DNA of 63,991 nt, filler included, from Trypethelium eluteriae (lineage: Eukaryota), in NCBI GenBank assembly GCA_051942245.1. It is 3 parts of 3 records of this genome, joined end to end, with 100 filler letters (N's around TTAATTAATTAA, not from the genome) between each part and the next. Parts side by side here need not be neighbours in the genome. Positions count along the whole stretch, not along the records: positions 23,561 to 46,997 come from JAVECL010000419.1; 2 more parts are not named here. One strand, written 5' to 3'. A program made the translations under genes and the position numbers. Shown here piece by piece: positions 23,561 through 35,196 of the stretch. Positions within the stretch are counted from its first letter, which is position 1. Every line of letters begins with the position of its first letter. The notes below the pieces were generated by a model. The model was not told the DNA's origin and ran no database searches. It was given only the letters and a program-made list of their open reading frames with translations.

Positions 23561-25123
23561 CCGGGAGGAGAGGTTGGCGGCGATGATGGCGTTGGCGATG
23601 CTGGAGCCGGACATGTGCGGGCTGATGCGTTTGAGGGATGAGTGCGAGTAGTTGTTGGGTTGGAGGTAGGGAGGTCGCGGGCCGAGGGAGGAAGGTGGTG
23701 AGGGAGAGATGGAGGTTGCGGTCGAGATCCTTCGGTTCTGAAGGGAGGGTATCCCTGATGATTTGCGACGAGGAATGCTAATGGGTGCAGAAGCTGGTGT
23801 AGACACAGGCGATTTGATGTGAGGATTTTTGCTACGACCGCGCCGAGGAGGGGGGGGCATAGGCTTTGCTGCCGTTTCAGGGGCAGAAGTATTTGCTGAT
23901 GAATCAGAGTGACCGGTTTTAGAGGTCTCATGAGGCATCCTTGCCGTTGAAGCCAGCAAATTTTGACGTGTTGACACTGCAGCCTTCGCGGATTCTATGG
24001 GTGAAGCATAGTTGTTAGGTTTTGGCGCAGGAGTTGCTTTGACGGGGTCAGTCGTAGTTTTGGACTGCGGTACCGGTTCTATCTGAGGAAGCTTGGCGCC
24101 GACAATCGCACGTTTTCTTTGATTAGGTTCAGAGCTTTGGACTGCCTTTTGAGAGTTTGGTTGGGCTCCTTGCTCAAAAGCTTGTATAAGCGAACTTGTA
24201 GGAGCTATCGAGCTTGCGTCCGTTGGCTCTGATTTCCCGCTGTTGTTACCAGTAATGTCATCCTGAGCATCGCTCTCTCGTCTTCGACTGATCGATGCTT
24301 GTCGTGCTCTAAGTTTGCGCGCTGCAGCTGAATCTTGAGGCGCCGGCACCATTTTGGTCGAGAGCGACTTTGGCGTTGGCTTTTTGACTTCCCAAGTTGG
24401 ACTTTTAGTTCGCCTTGCTTTTTCGGTATGATTGCCATGCTCAAACATATTCACCAGAGCGTTCGTGGACGGGATCGAACTGGCGTCAGTTCCCTTGGGC
24501 AGGGTGTGATCGCTTTCGGTGGTGCCGTCTAATGACGTTTCGCTAGTTCTCCGGTGGATTGAGGCCTGACGTGCTCGTAGTTTGCGTACCGCCACGGATT
24601 CTTGTTGTTGTCCGTCTCCTATATCACTACTGGCCCGAGTAACATTTTTAGGCTTTATCTGCGGTCGAGGGGACAATCTCGCAGCGGCAAGACCAGCAGC
24701 TATGTTGGACGGTGAATGAGGGGACATGGCCCGATATGTGACTGAAGGTGCCTGTAAATGAGTAGATTTGTGCAAAGCGCCATGATCTACGTCGGTGCTC
24801 CGATCAGCATAGGAGATATTTCCCGTACTATACGCAGACGCAGGAACCGATGCAGCAGACGTATGAGAGGAGACGGAGGATCTTCGAGATAACGATGTTC
24901 CGTCCTCGTTTTTTTGAGCATCGATAGAGCGGAAGGCATTACTATCTATACTCGTCCTCGCGGACGTCAATTGCCGAGGCTTTGGGCGTGGTTGAGGCTT
25001 AGTTTCGGGCCTGTTAAAAGCAAGCGTGGCTCCAGTCAGAGCTGCCTTGCTCGTGCCGGAGGATCGATTTTGGAGGTCATGCTGTCTCGCGGCAGCTACG
25101 GCTTGCGCTTGAACGCTGGTCAT
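23561..25123 (-). CDS. IRS4: Increased rDNA silencing protein 4-like (EH-domain protein), N-terminal part; C-terminus lost in the gap
   Basis: Low-complexity Ser/Pro-rich ORF with AALTGATLAF, SPSNIAAGLAAAR, PMPPPPRR and SIANAIIAANLSSR motifs typical of fungal Irs4. The EH domain itself is not visible. Confidence 0.7.
24167..24592 (-). repeat. Internal duplication in IRS4 (two 53-aa copies, period 89 aa)
   Basis: AVRKLRARQASIHRR...TDASSIPSTNALVNMFEHG (24592-24434) versus AARKLRARQASISRR...TDASSIAPTSSLIQAFEQG (24325-24167). Confidence 0.85.
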
Positions 25124-25448
25124 CGGGCCATTGACACACTGGAGGGTTTCTCGATGCCCTCAAACAAGTGGTGACAATCAACATGGGGATGTACGGAGCA
25201 CGGATGTGTAATGAGCGTGATGCGCTGACGCGGATGAGCATGGATGGTCTACAATTAGCATAAGCAAGGCGATGTACTCCGTAGTAGGCAGGGCTCTCCC
25301 TGTTGGTCAAAACACGGTCACCTGACACCGCGACTGATCACACACGTTAAGGTATCATAAGGTAGCCTTGCTAGCGCCGCGTCTGCCCAGAATCACGACA
25401 ACCTTCATCTGTCGCTTGTGTAGCATTATAGCGAAACTTGCCCTCAAC

Positions 25449-28400
25449 ATGGCCGAAGATGTCGATATGCAAGATGCTGCTGCACGCGAAGAGGAAGCGT
25501 TGCAGTATGGCCACAGCGACTTGACCGAAGAACAGCTAGATGAGAAGTTGGTGATGCTCATCCAAGCATCACACTGAAGCTGAGTGAATCTAGATATCCT
25601 AATCGCCCTCACAATCATTCCAAGACCCTACCATTTCATGCACTGTTCGAAGATCTATTCAATCCCTTAATCGACAACAGAAAGAAGCCGACTGGACCAC
25701 CTATTGCCCGGAAAAAGCAAGGACCTCATGGTCCACACGCACTAACTTCAAATGAGGCCCGACGAAATATTATCGAACGATTTATATCACGCTGGCGTCA
25801 GCAAGTCGGAAATGATATCTATTCCGCTTTCCGACTTATAATACCAGAGAAGGATCGAGAGCGCGGGATGTACGGCCTCAAAGAAAAAGCAATCGGCAAA
25901 CTCCTTGTCCGTGTTATGAAGATTGACAAGAACTCTACTGATGGTTACAATCTCCTCAACTGGAAGCTTCCAGGCAACCAAACTCACAGTGCAATGACTG
26001 GTGATTTTGCCGGCAGATGCTATGAAGTACTCTCGAAGCGGCCTCTTCGTACTGAGGTTGGAAACATGACGATTGCAGAGGTCAACGAGCTTCTGGATAG
26101 GCTGTCCGTCGCCCAGAAAGAGGAAAATCAGTTGCCCATCTTTGAAGAATTCTATAAACGCATGAACTCTGAGGAGCTCATGTGGCTGGTTCGGATGATC
26201 TTACGACAGATGAAGGTCGGAGCTACTGAAAAAACATTCTTTGATATATGGCATCCAGACGCAGAAAACTTGTTCAATGTCTCGTCAAGCCTTCGTCGGG
26301 TATGTTGGGAACTTTCCGATCCAGCTATAAGCCTTGGAAATGAGGATAAAGGCGTGCATTTGATGCAATGCTTTCAGCCACAACTCGCCGCCTTCCAAAT
26401 GCGCTCAATAGAGAAAATGGTAGTCCGCATGCGTCCTACGGAGGACGATGACGAGTTTTGGATCGAGGAAAAGCTTGATGGCGAACGCATGCAGCTGCAT
26501 ATGGTCGAGGATGATGACGTTCCGGGGGGCATGCGCTTCAATTTCTGGTCTCGCAAAGCAAAAGACTATACATATCTTTATGGCAATGGATTCGAGGATC
26601 AGAATGCCGCGCTCACCCGACACATCAAAGGTGCTTTCAATGATGGAGTTCGGAGTATCATTCTAGACGGTGAGATGATCACGTGGGATCCTCAAGAGGA
26701 CGCCGTCGTTCCTTTTGGAACGCTGAAAACCGCAGCTCTGAGCGAGCAGCGTAACCCCTTTTCCACCGGACAACGGCCGCTTCTTCGAGTGTTCGATTGT
26801 CTGTACCTGAATGATCGCGTCCTTACTAATTACACACTCCGAGACCGACGGAAAGCACTGGAAAGAAGCATCAATCCCATTCATCGTCGTCTTGAAATCC
26901 ACAGCTATACCTCCGCTCACAAGGCTGCAGAGGTCGAACCACTCCTCCGTGAAGTTGTAGCTGAAGCCTCGGAAGGGCTCGTTCTTAAGAACCCGCGCTC
27001 AGTCTATCGACTCAATGAGCGAAACGACGACTGGATGAAAGTAAAGCCTGAGTACATGACCGAATTTGGCGAGGCTCTCGATTGTATCATCGTAGGTGGA
27101 TACTATGGTTCTGGCCATCGTGGTGGCAGACTTTCCTCATTCCTATGTGGTTTACGGGTCGATCAAAATCAGGCCCAACAAAGTGGTACTCCGATGAAGA
27201 CGTATTCCTTTTGCAAGGTTGGTGGCGGTTTTACGGCGCAGGACTACGCAAATATCAGACACTATACTGATAGCAAATGGCATGACTGGGATGCAAAGCG
27301 CCCTCCGACGGAATTTGTAGAGCTGGGTGGAGGAGATCGCCAATATGAACGTCCAGATGTTTGGATTCGACCGGACGAATCCGTCGTCATTGCAATCAAA
27401 GCTGCGTCAGTAGGTCCAACTGATCAATTTCGGACGAACATGACATTGCGTTTCCCACGGTTCAAAAGATTGCGCTCCGATAAAGACTGGCAGTCTGCAC
27501 TTTCACTCAATGAGTTCTTGCAACTGAAGAACAATGCGGAGAAGGAGCGAACGGAGAAACAGTTCGAGGTGGACCAGTCCCGTCGCAAAGCTCCTCGCAA
27601 GACAAGGAAAAAGGCCATGACCGTGGTCGGAAATAATGAAGTGGTCAAAAAACCATATGCAGGGCCAGAGACGAAAGTCCTCGAAGGACTGAATTTCTTC
27701 GTTATGACGGAAAGTGTCAGCCCGTGGAAGAAGAGTAGAGCCGAGTTGGAGCAGCTGGTTAAAGCGAACGGAGGCAAGATTGTACAGAGTCAGACCGCCG
27801 CGGACAATGTAGTATGTATTGCTGACCGCAAGACGGTTCCGGTGGCTTCTATTATCAAACGAGGAGACCGCAGTCTGGTACGACCTTCATGGCTATTTGA
27901 TTGCATCGAACAAAGTGAAGTTGATAGCGGGCGTCCCGTATTCCTGCTGCCCCTTGAGCCAAAATATCTCTTCTTCGTGGCCGAAAAAGATGAGGGCTTG
28001 TATGAGAAGAATGTAGATGAGTTTGGCGATAGCTACGTGAGAGGCGTGACGACATCTGAATTGAGGGAGATCTTCAAGAATATCGATGCGGACAGTAAAT
28101 CATTCCAAGGACGAGACGTATTGAAACAAATGGAACAGCATGACATCGAGATGGGAGATCTTCCAGGCTGGATATTCCAAGGTCTCGTGGTTTACTTTGA
28201 CACGGCATCCTTCACTAACTGGTCTACAGCCAGTGGCAGCGGCTGGAGTCTCGACGTTGGCTTTGAGCTTGAGAGTTCTAAACGTATCATCGCTTTTGGG
28301 AAGGGCCGAGTGGCTGACGATTTACACGACATGAGCATCACGCACATCGTTGTTGATCAGACTGACTCACGATCAAGGGACGTTCGGAAGAAAATACAAA

Positions 28401-28498
28401 ACAGATCACCACTACCCCGTCTTGTCACCTTGGCCTGGCTACAAGAGAGCTGGAAAGAAAAGACACGTCTAGATGAGGAACGGTTTGCACCAACCTAA
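25449..28498 (+). CDS. LIG4: DNA ligase IV (NHEJ)
   Basis: EEKLDGER adenylation motif, EGLVLK, WMKVKPEY, TLRFPRF and two BRCT domains; short first exon with an intron at about 25548-25593. Confidence 0.97.
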
Positions 28499-29314
28499 TG
28501 ACATCGATCACTTGGATGACTGGTAATTCGACCGAAGTGTTCACTGACTGGTAGCGAAATTTTGTCTGGCAAAGCTGTTTTCACCAAACACTAAGAGTCT
28601 TTTGTCGATTTCTAACCTAGCTCTTTCGAAGTGCCCAGTTGTTCCTGCTCAGTCCCTTGAGCCAACTTCTCTCAATCTGCCAGATCATACGAGTCCGGGG
28701 ATTCTGCCAGATTTTGAGGAAAGCGAACAGGAAGACAGCAGCATGGATATGGGTCAGAGGATGGCTATGGATTGCGATGGAGAGGAAGTGATGTTACTCC
28801 CTTCGGCGAGCCTATCCAAGACCTCTACAATCCATTCTGGGCTATCGTATATGTAATATCTCGACACGGAGTACATTTGCCATGCCACCAGTTTGGTTAT
28901 AGTATGTACACTCGAAAGCCGCTAAGGAACATCTCCGCAGAGCACTTTCATTATCCTGGGATCATCGCTGGTGTCCTCTCACATGTGAGGAGACTAGGAT
29001 ATCTGTCACCTTCAACATCATCATACGGTGATGCCCGGCGAGTATCCTAACCTGGATCCTGGTTACTCCATTTCGGAAAGAGTAACGAAGCAAGGTGACG
29101 CAATCATCTGAAATGGGAAATTTGAAGTAGCGGAGTTCCTTCGGCATACCTTCCTTGACAACATTTCGGAGGGCATTGAGAGTTCCGACTTCAATACCCT
29201 AGGATAGCCCGACGGACGAACTGCAGCAGTATTACTACTTTTGAGTATATAAATCTTTGACGGTGCTTCAGTCAGGATGATTCTCTATTCCACGCTTGTA
29301 AATTCGATCCAGTC

Positions 29315-30508
29315 ATGTCTTCTTGTACAACAATACTGGTGCGTAAGCCGAATAGTACTGCGATCCAAACGGACCCAGCACATAACCTCAATGTTGTGGA
29401 AGGTCAAATTCCGACGCCTGGGCCTCTTGAATGTCTCATTCATGTTAGAGCGACGGGCATTTGTGGCAGCGATGTGCACTTCTGGAAGCACGGAGCAATA
29501 GGCAGCTCATCGGTCACGGCGCCCCTCACCCTAGGGCATGAGAGTGCTGGGATCGTGATTGAAACGGGAGCCGAAGTCAAAGACTTCACTATTGGTATGT
29601 GGCAAATCTGGAATCATGGCAAATATACTCATTAGTGATGCCGTAGGCGATAGAGTTGCCCTTGAGTGTGGTATTCCATGCTCGAGGCCATCTTGCGAGG
29701 CATGCCGAACAGGTCGTTACAATGCTTGCCCGCAGATAACTTTCTATTCCTCTCCACCAGTGGATGGCACACTCCAAAGATACCATGTTCATCCTGAATC
29801 ATGGCTGCACCGCCTGCCAGACAGCATAACTCTCGAAGAAGGGGCACTTCTTGAGCCTTTGTCAGTTTCACTCGCAGGAATCGAGCGCTCTGGCCTCCGC
29901 CTCGGAGATCCGCTTGTCATTCTCGGTGCTGGGCCAATTGGAATAGTATCATTGCTTGCTGCGCATGCTGCTGGAGCGGTACCCATTGCAATCACAGACT
30001 TGGATCCAAATCGTTTGGCGGTAGCCAAGTCACTTGTTCCACGAGTTCATCCTGTACTTGTAAGCAAAGATGATGAGCCAAAGCAGGTGGGACGAGAGAT
30101 CGTAGAATCTTTGGGTCAGCAGGCTAGCCTTGCATTAGAATGCACAGGAGTTCAGAGCTCTGTGCATGCTGCGATCTATGTATGTTGGGAACGGATGGCT
30201 GTGTGAGATCAAGATCAAGCTAAGTCTGACAGGCGACTAAATTTGGAGGCACCGTATATATCATCGGCTCCGGACGCGACTTCCAAGAGATCCCCTTTAT
30301 GTACGCCTCTTTTCGCGAAATAGACATTCGCTTTCAGTTCCGATACCACGAGACATATCCTAAAGCCATCAGACTGGTTTCGGAAGGCCTGATCAACCTC
30401 AAGCCTCTTGTAACTCATCGGTTTGGACTTGAGCAGGGCAAGGAAGCCTTCGAAGCTGCATCTGATTCTTCTGCACGTGCCATCAAAGTGCAAATTCTGG
30501 ATGATTGA
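29315..30508 (+). CDS. Zinc-dependent polyol dehydrogenase, L-arabinitol 4-dehydrogenase-like (LadA/LadB group)
   Basis: GICGSDVHFWKHG, GHES, structural-Zn cysteines, GAGPIG, TDL (NAD-type), AIKVQI; introns 29595-29646 and about 30180-30232. Confidence 0.88.
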
Positions 30509-30797
30509 GGCTGGTGATCGATAGGAAGCTGAACTCTCATATCTTTCTTACACTATGGTTTGAAAGAACTGCTTGGCTACTAGCTCAAAGGGGACATTAC
30601 TTCTTATTTTTCCTTATCTCAGTCAGTCGCTACTTCTCCGACTTTAATCGCAAAGACTTCCGCTCCATCCTGTCTAGTAGACACACTGCTGGGTTTCTGA
30701 GACGAAGGTGTAAGTGACATATTCATATTTATCACGGCACTCACGATCATGCTCTCTATAGGTCCCCTCTATCCGCCTAGATCCTAAACTTGGGAAA

Positions 30798-31723
30798 TCA
30801 CGGTAGAGTATAGCCACCATCAATGAGAACATCACTCCCCGTCTGGTATGATGAAGCGTCGCTCGCCAAATACAGAAACAGGCCCTTGATTTCTTTCACA
30901 TCACCTTGACGACCAAGTACGGCCATTCGATGTGCCTCGCTTATAACGCGCGGCTCGGCTCCCATCTTCGTGACAAAGAATCCAGGGGACACGATGTTCA
31001 CGCGGGCAAAATCTCGCCATTCCCTGGCCAGACATTTGCCGAACTGAGTGACGGCAGCCTTTGTGGCGTTGTAGACCTAAACTCGTCAGTTTTAAGGCCA
31101 CCGGATCACAAAATGAGACGTACTGGCTGATCAAGAGGCACATTGACGATATGAGCAGAGATGCTCGAGGTTATGATGAGATTACCAGATCCTTGACGCT
31201 TGAACACCTCCCCTGCATATTTGGCACAGTAAACCACGCCATCGACTTGAGCATGTCAGTCGCTGCTTTTAAGCAGGGTTGCCGTCTTGGAATACTTGCC
31301 GTTGACTGCCATTTGCTTTCTATACTCTTCCACCGAGGTCTCCAAGATCCCTTTCGAATTACCCATGCCAGCGTTTGCAATAAAAACGTCCAGTTTTCCA
31401 AAATCTCGAACAACATCGCTGATTGCTTGTTGGACTTTTGCCGGATCCGAAACTTCAACCTGGTACGCTTTCGCTTTTACATTGTGCTTCTCAGCCAATT
31501 GAGTACTCTTTGCGACCGCAGCGTTGTTGCTATTGTACCAAAGTGCTACGTCTCCCCCTGCTTCGGCCATCGCGGAGGCAACGGCGAATCCAATGCCCTC
31601 AGAACTGCCGTTCACAACCACCACCTTCCCCTTCATTGAGAATTGCTCCAGGACATTGTCTGGAATAGAAGGAGTGGGGCGGGCTTCTCTGGGTGCAGCA
31701 GCATCCTCGACCGTCATAGACAT
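30798..31723 (-). CDS. Short-chain dehydrogenase/reductase, L-xylulose/sorbose reductase-like (LXR3/SOU1 group)
   Basis: NGSSEGIG, AEAGGDVALWYNSN, ANAG, YNATK, GSDVLIDGGYTLP; introns 31299-31246 (GC-AG) and 31123-31077. Confidence 0.88.
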
Positions 31724-32241
31724 CTTGGTGACCAGAGATTCGAAAAGGACTAAAGCAAGTCCAGACAACCAGAAAGAGGATGCCAATGGAGCTGAGAAGT
31801 TGTCCGCAACAATGGTAGGTCACACGAAGGAGTTTAATATGCCCAAGATTCTGCACCGACCTTTCGGGGGAACTCGGTAGGCTGTCGCACATTCACCTAC
31901 CTAGTACGGAGTATCGTCCCCGAATTAGCGGAGGTGAAAATCCCTCATCACCCCGCCAGATCTTAAAAGTTCGACCATTCACAGATTTCAACATTTTCGA
32001 CCCTGCGCGATGGGAGACGAGCTTGATGTGGGAGAGGTGGGGCAACAGGGTGACGAGTCCCTCCCCCACTCTGGATGAATGCGATATACAAAGTGCCTAT
32101 GTACTTGTGGATTTGACTCATCGCTCGGATCATGCTGGTGACGCAATTTGTCTTCTTTTCATAAGCTGCAAAATAATCGTTGGGAATTGTAGCCAAACAC
32201 CTCTCCTAGCTTTTTCCTCTCTTTCATTCCACATCAAAATC

Positions 32242-34149
32242 ATGGCTTCAATAGAACTCGAAACAATGCCCTCTGTCTCTCATGAGACTTCCTTTGAACA
32301 TCCAGAAGGGGACGATCATGGCCCAAATCAAGAGTCTTTTACCATTGTCGAAGACACGCCAGCTCCGCCAGAGATCCAATATCCTACCGGCTTCAAATTC
32401 GCGATGATCTGCCTCTCCGTTGCTTTAGCCGTCACCCTTACGGGTCTCGATCTAAATATTGTCGCCACCGCTGTGCCAAAAATCACGGACGATTTCCACA
32501 CCATCACTGATATCGGGTGGTATACTGCCGCGTATAGATTGACTATGTGTGCATTTCAATTTATGTTTGGGAAGATGTATGCTGTATTCAGCATCAAATG
32601 GGTCTATCTCTCCGCTCTACTCATATTCGAAATTGGTAGTGTAGTAAATGCGACAGCGTCGACCTCGGCTGTGTTTGTGTTGGGAAGAGCAATTAGTGGA
32701 TTTGGTTGCGCCGGAATTGTTGCAGGGGCTTTTACCATGATTACGCTCAGTCTGCCTCTAAGAAGGAGGCCCGTCTTCTCAGGAGCGGCGGCCATGATTG
32801 AAGAGATCGCGAGTGTATGTTCGCCGGTCCTTGGTGGACTGATAACGGATAAGATTTCTTGGAGATGGTGCTTCTACATCAACTTGCCACTGGGAGCCGC
32901 CACGATGGCAATCATCATGCTTTTCTTCGAAAATCCTCAGATACCGTATGCACCAGCAAATGATCCCACAAGGCTTTCTTTCAAAGAGAAGATCCGGAAG
33001 TTAGACCTTTTAGGCACTCTGATATTCGTACCCGGGACAACGTCTTTGCTTCTTGCCCTCCAGTTTGGAACGAGTAGATATGGCTGGGCTGATGCACGTG
33101 TCATAACATGTTTCATCCTGTTTGCGACGTTGTTCGCTATCTTTGCATATTGGCAATATCGGCGCGGCGATGAGGCAACGCTTCCTCCAAGAATAATTGG
33201 AAACAAAAATATCATGTCCGGAATGTGGTTCTCCCTATGCAACAGTTCCACTTATTCCATTATCCAGTACTACGTAAGTCCAACATTCCTTACCGCGGTT
33301 GGAGGGTTCCTCAACTGGTAATCAATACAATGCTATTTCAACTTTACTGTTACGACCTTGTTGGCCCATGTTAACACCGTGATAACATGGGCCAACATAG
33401 TCATAACAGTTAAACTGAGGTAACATTGTATTAATTACCAGTTGAGGAACCCCCCCCCTCCGCAGTAAGGTTCTTATTAAGCAGGCATCAAAAAATGTTA
33501 ACGCTGCCTCCAGATGCCGATTTACTTTCAAGCTATCCGCGGTCTTTCTGCTTCTCGGTCTGGCATCCTGATTCTTCCCTCGATCATCGGTCTCATGATT
33601 GCACTTCCGGTCGCAGGCTCGGCGACTTCAATCATTGGATACTTTACACCATTTATGCTACTGACTTCATTGCTGACGCCCATTGCAGCAGGGCTGATCA
33701 CCACTCTTAAGGTCAGCATGCCGCTTGCCAATCTTCTCATCTACCAGGCGCTTTTAGGTGTTGGCGCAGGTATTGGATGGCAGGGTCCCCAGGTAGCGGC
33801 GCAGAGCGTGTTTCAAGAAAGCGATATTCCGTTGAGTATAGCCTCGATCCTTTTTGCACAGAACTTTGGCCCGGCATTCAGTATTCCTATTGCCCAGGCC
33901 ATTTTCCAGAATCGGCTCGTTAGTGATATTGAAAAGTACACACCTGGGTCGGGGATCAATGCCGCGAGTCTGCAAAGTATGGGATTGAGTGATTTGAGGA
34001 GGGCAGTAGGCGCCAAGGAGCTGGCGAGCGTGTTATTTGGATATGATAAAGCAATCTCCCAGACGTTTTATCTACCGGTAGGATTGGCGTGCGCAACACT
34101 TATTGGAAGCGCTGGGATGGAGTGGAGAAGCGTGAAGAAAACCAATTAA
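32242..34149 (+). CDS. MFS drug:H+ antiporter (DHA2, 14-TMS; toxin-efflux type)
   Basis: LDLNIVATAVPKITDDF, GRAISGFG, WRWCFYINLPLG, IQYY|MPIYFQAIRG, MEWRSVK; one 240-nt intron at 33274-33513. Confidence 0.92.
33288..33470. mobile_element. 183-nt fold-back palindrome (putative MITE or hairpin element) inside the MFS intron
   Basis: Arm 33288-33377 is the reverse complement of 33379-33470, with 60/71 identities over the inner core. The palindrome is seen directly; mobility is inferred. Confidence 0.7.
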
Positions 34150-34597
34150 GGGTAACGTAGTGGATCCGGTAGGCTCTATCCAGGTGGCGTTGAGTGATCG
34201 AACGAAGTAAAAAAAAAAAAAGGTTAAAAAATATTCTGCAGGGGCATTTTGACCTTGAATCTTCTCCCGATGAATTCCGCCCAGTTGTTAATGCCCTAAA
34301 TGGCTACGTATCTCTTACTAGCTCCCGAGAGCAGAGATGAAGTAGCTTGAGGCCTGTAGAGATGAATGTGATCAGTCGATCTGCACCAAGATGTCCCAGC
34401 TCAGCGGATTCGGGCACAAATTCGTGGCGCCGATGGTCTCCATTATGCCCTTCCTCGACGGAGGATCGAAAGCTATATGGGATGTCCACCAAGATGCAAC
34501 ATTTTGGTCCATCCACGGGTCTAGCTTCGTTCATCCAGGCGTAAAATATGGTCTTTCATCGTCGAAATAGTCTTGTACGAAATTGCAGCGCCTTTCT

Positions 34598-34975
34598 TCA
34601 TCCTCCATGCAACGTACTGACAAACATCACGCCATCTCCTTCCTTCAACACATACTCTTCCTCGCCTTCAAGCTCCCAATCGGCATCATTAATTAGGACC
34701 AGTATTCCTGGTCGCACTCGCCCATCTAGCACAAAAAGCTCTTTCCGAGTATCTGCCATGAGATTTTGACAAAGCCAATGGACCAGGTACCCGACGGTGG
34801 CAGATTGTTGGGTAGAAGGGTCGACAGTGGGAAGCGAGATGCGGTGGATACGCGTGTGTGAGAAAAGCATTTCAAGTCCGCCGGTAAACTCGACATTTAT
34901 TAGGATGGTCGATCTTTCCACTGGGAGTGGAGAAGAGGAAGTGATTCCGCTGACGGCTGTCGCTGCTTCCGCCAT
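34598..34975 (-). CDS. URM1: Ubiquitin-related modifier 1
   Basis: [11 protein letters not shown]...[18 protein letters not shown]...FVSTLHGG*; intronless. Confidence 0.96.
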   Translation of the reverse strand: MAEAATAVSGITSSSPLPVERSTILINVEFTGGLEMLFSHTRIHRISLPTVDPSTQQSATVGYLVHWLCQNLMADTRKELFVLDGRVRPGILVLINDADWELEGEEEYVLKEGDGVMFVSTLHGG

Positions 34976-35196
34976 TCTTGTTGTAGCACAGTCGAAATGG
35001 TTGGATGCACGGATGGTGGAACTTTTGCACTGGCGCACTGCAGGCGGTGAAACTCCGGCGACAAAACTGGCTTTGAGAGCAACGCAGTCGTTGGTTGTCC
35101 TTCAGCATACTTCGAACTAGCTACAGATCTCTTTGAAAAACGTGCATACAGGATCGAAATATTTCTGACATTTGATGGCGGGAGCTACGGTGCAGA
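34976..35196. promoter_or_regulatory. Putative bidirectional promoter URM1/ELP2
   Basis: 221 bp between the divergent ATGs at 34975 (-) and 35197 (+). Confidence 0.7.

Noticed and set aside
28602..29050. Short ORFs between LIG4 and the polyol dehydrogenase
   Set aside because: No recognisable family; not enough support for a gene or pseudogene call.
33274..33513. Stwintron (nested intron) using the internal CAG/GTAAGG at about 33463-33470
   Set aside because: Removing either half does not regenerate a splice site: the upstream exon ends in C (no G for a [D1,2] donor) and the downstream exon starts with A (no G for an [A2,3] acceptor).
21339..34149. Secondary-metabolite cluster (acyltransferase plus MFS plus oxidoreductases)
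   Set aside because: No backbone synthase, and the genes are separated by housekeeping genes and an assembly gap.
34209..34221. Poly-A run near URM1 as a retrogene tail
   Set aside because: It is on the wrong strand for URM1 and lies in the MFS 3' region.
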